From NCBI RefSeq assembly GCF_006345805.1, contig NC_043003.1:28024001-28088000 (forward strand): a stretch of DNA of 64,000 bases. Reading direction: 5' to 3'. The position numbers and the translations under genes are program-made. The notes beneath the pieces were generated by a model that had not been told where the DNA came from, did no database searches, and saw only the letters and a list, made by a program, of their open reading frames with translations. This DNA is from Octopus sinensis (taxonomy: Eukaryota). Position 1 is the first letter of the stretch; each line of letters begins with the position of its first letter. This document shows, one piece after another, positions 62,761 to 64,000 of this stretch.

Positions 62761-64000
62761 ACTTTGTTTAAAGTGAAGAAGACCTGCACACCATCAACCT
62801 CTGTCTCCCATCCATGACCATCCTTAATCCAAGTAACAAGACCTGGCTAAGATGACTGAAGATGGCAAGAGATTCATTGGATGACTAAGATGTCTTACTT
62901 GCCTCATCTTGCTCTCTGCACTTCACATTGCCTTGCTTCTGTCGCTTTCCTCTCTGTTGAACCATGAAGGCTTATCCATAGAGTCTGCCAGATCCAGTCT
63001 TCCCACACATAAGTAGGCAAGCCTTAATAAACTAATTACCCTATAGCTGGGATCCTGAAAGATGTTACTACTCCATGTCAGAGTTGACCTAAGAACGATA
63101 ATGGCTAAGAGGTAGTTCCATACTTCTCAAAACCCTGCAACTCCCAAATCAGGGCTCTGCTACCAGAGTCATATGCTGGACACATGTATTTATATATATA
63201 GGGTCTGTGTCAGTCAAGAGCCCTGTGTTTACACAGGTATGCACAAACTTGGACAAGACCTTTTGAGGAAAACTTTGCTGTAACCCATGAATGAAGGTTC
63301 CTTCTACCCATGCCACCAATGTTTGTCCAAGGGAAAGGTCACTAGTTTAAGCTAGTAGACCTTGATTTCAGTGTTGTTGTGGGCATTTCTGTCAAAGCTC
63401 AAATAACCAAATCTGATACCCAAAGGCATCTTGTCTGACTTTTGCCAATCCATTGACCCCTAAATTGGAAGTTTTTTTTTTTTTTCTGTTAACCCCACTG
63501 TAAAAATAGAAAGCAAAGTTGACTTCTCTTTTGTTAGGATTTGAACTTAGAGCACAGAAAGTTGCAACAAATACTGCCAGGCATTCTATTCAGTGTATTA
63601 ACAACTGTATGTGGAAGTATTATTATTATTGAAGACGGCAAGCCAGCAGAATCATTAGCATGCTGAGCAAAATGCTTAGTGGCATTTCATCTATCTGTAG
63701 GTTCTGAGTTCAAATTCTGCTAAGATCAACTTCGGCTTTCATCCTTTCAGGGTCAATAAAATTTAGTACCAGTTGACCTCTGGGTTCAATGTAATCAACA
63801 TACCCACGCCCCCAAAATTGCTGCTCTTGTGCCAAAATTTGAAACCATTCTTCTTCTTCATGATCATGATGATGACGACGACGACGGCATAGTAGTAGTA
63901 GTAGTAGTAGTAACAGTAGTAGTAGTATGGTGAGCTGGCAGAATTGTTAGCGCACCAAACAAAAATGCTTTGTGGCATTTTGTCCGTCTTTACACTCTGA

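Overview
AT-rich, repeat-saturated animal genomic DNA. The SINE, MITE and (TA)n/(CA)n landscape is most consistent with an octopus/coleoid cephalopod; this taxon call is inference, not a database result. Only one host coding exon is recognisable: a 106-bp internal exon of cytoplasmic arginyl-tRNA synthetase (RARS1, + strand, 55824-55929, KKFKTRSG motif). The rest is most likely intron or flank. It holds about 50 SINE copies of four families, TTAA (piggyBac-type) MITEs, a non-autonomous Helitron, and decayed LINE fragments (CR1-type RT, three RTE pieces, one ending in three C2H2 fingers). It also holds a 1.4-kb decayed Penelope-like element (RT + GIY-YIG), a MITE-derived ~157-bp satellite with an embedded 19-bp minisatellite, and very long compound microsatellites that explain nearly all ORFs in the supplied track. 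The most interesting signal is a set of short palindromic elements built around type I hammerhead ribozyme folds: one with an intact canonical core (40217-40264), one A6U variant (49761-49798), several decayed copies, and a two-copy family whose core has a compensatory swap of the C3:G8 tertiary pair to G3:C8 (17165-17215, 11861-11905). All coordinates and folds were read by eye; repeat boundaries are approximate.
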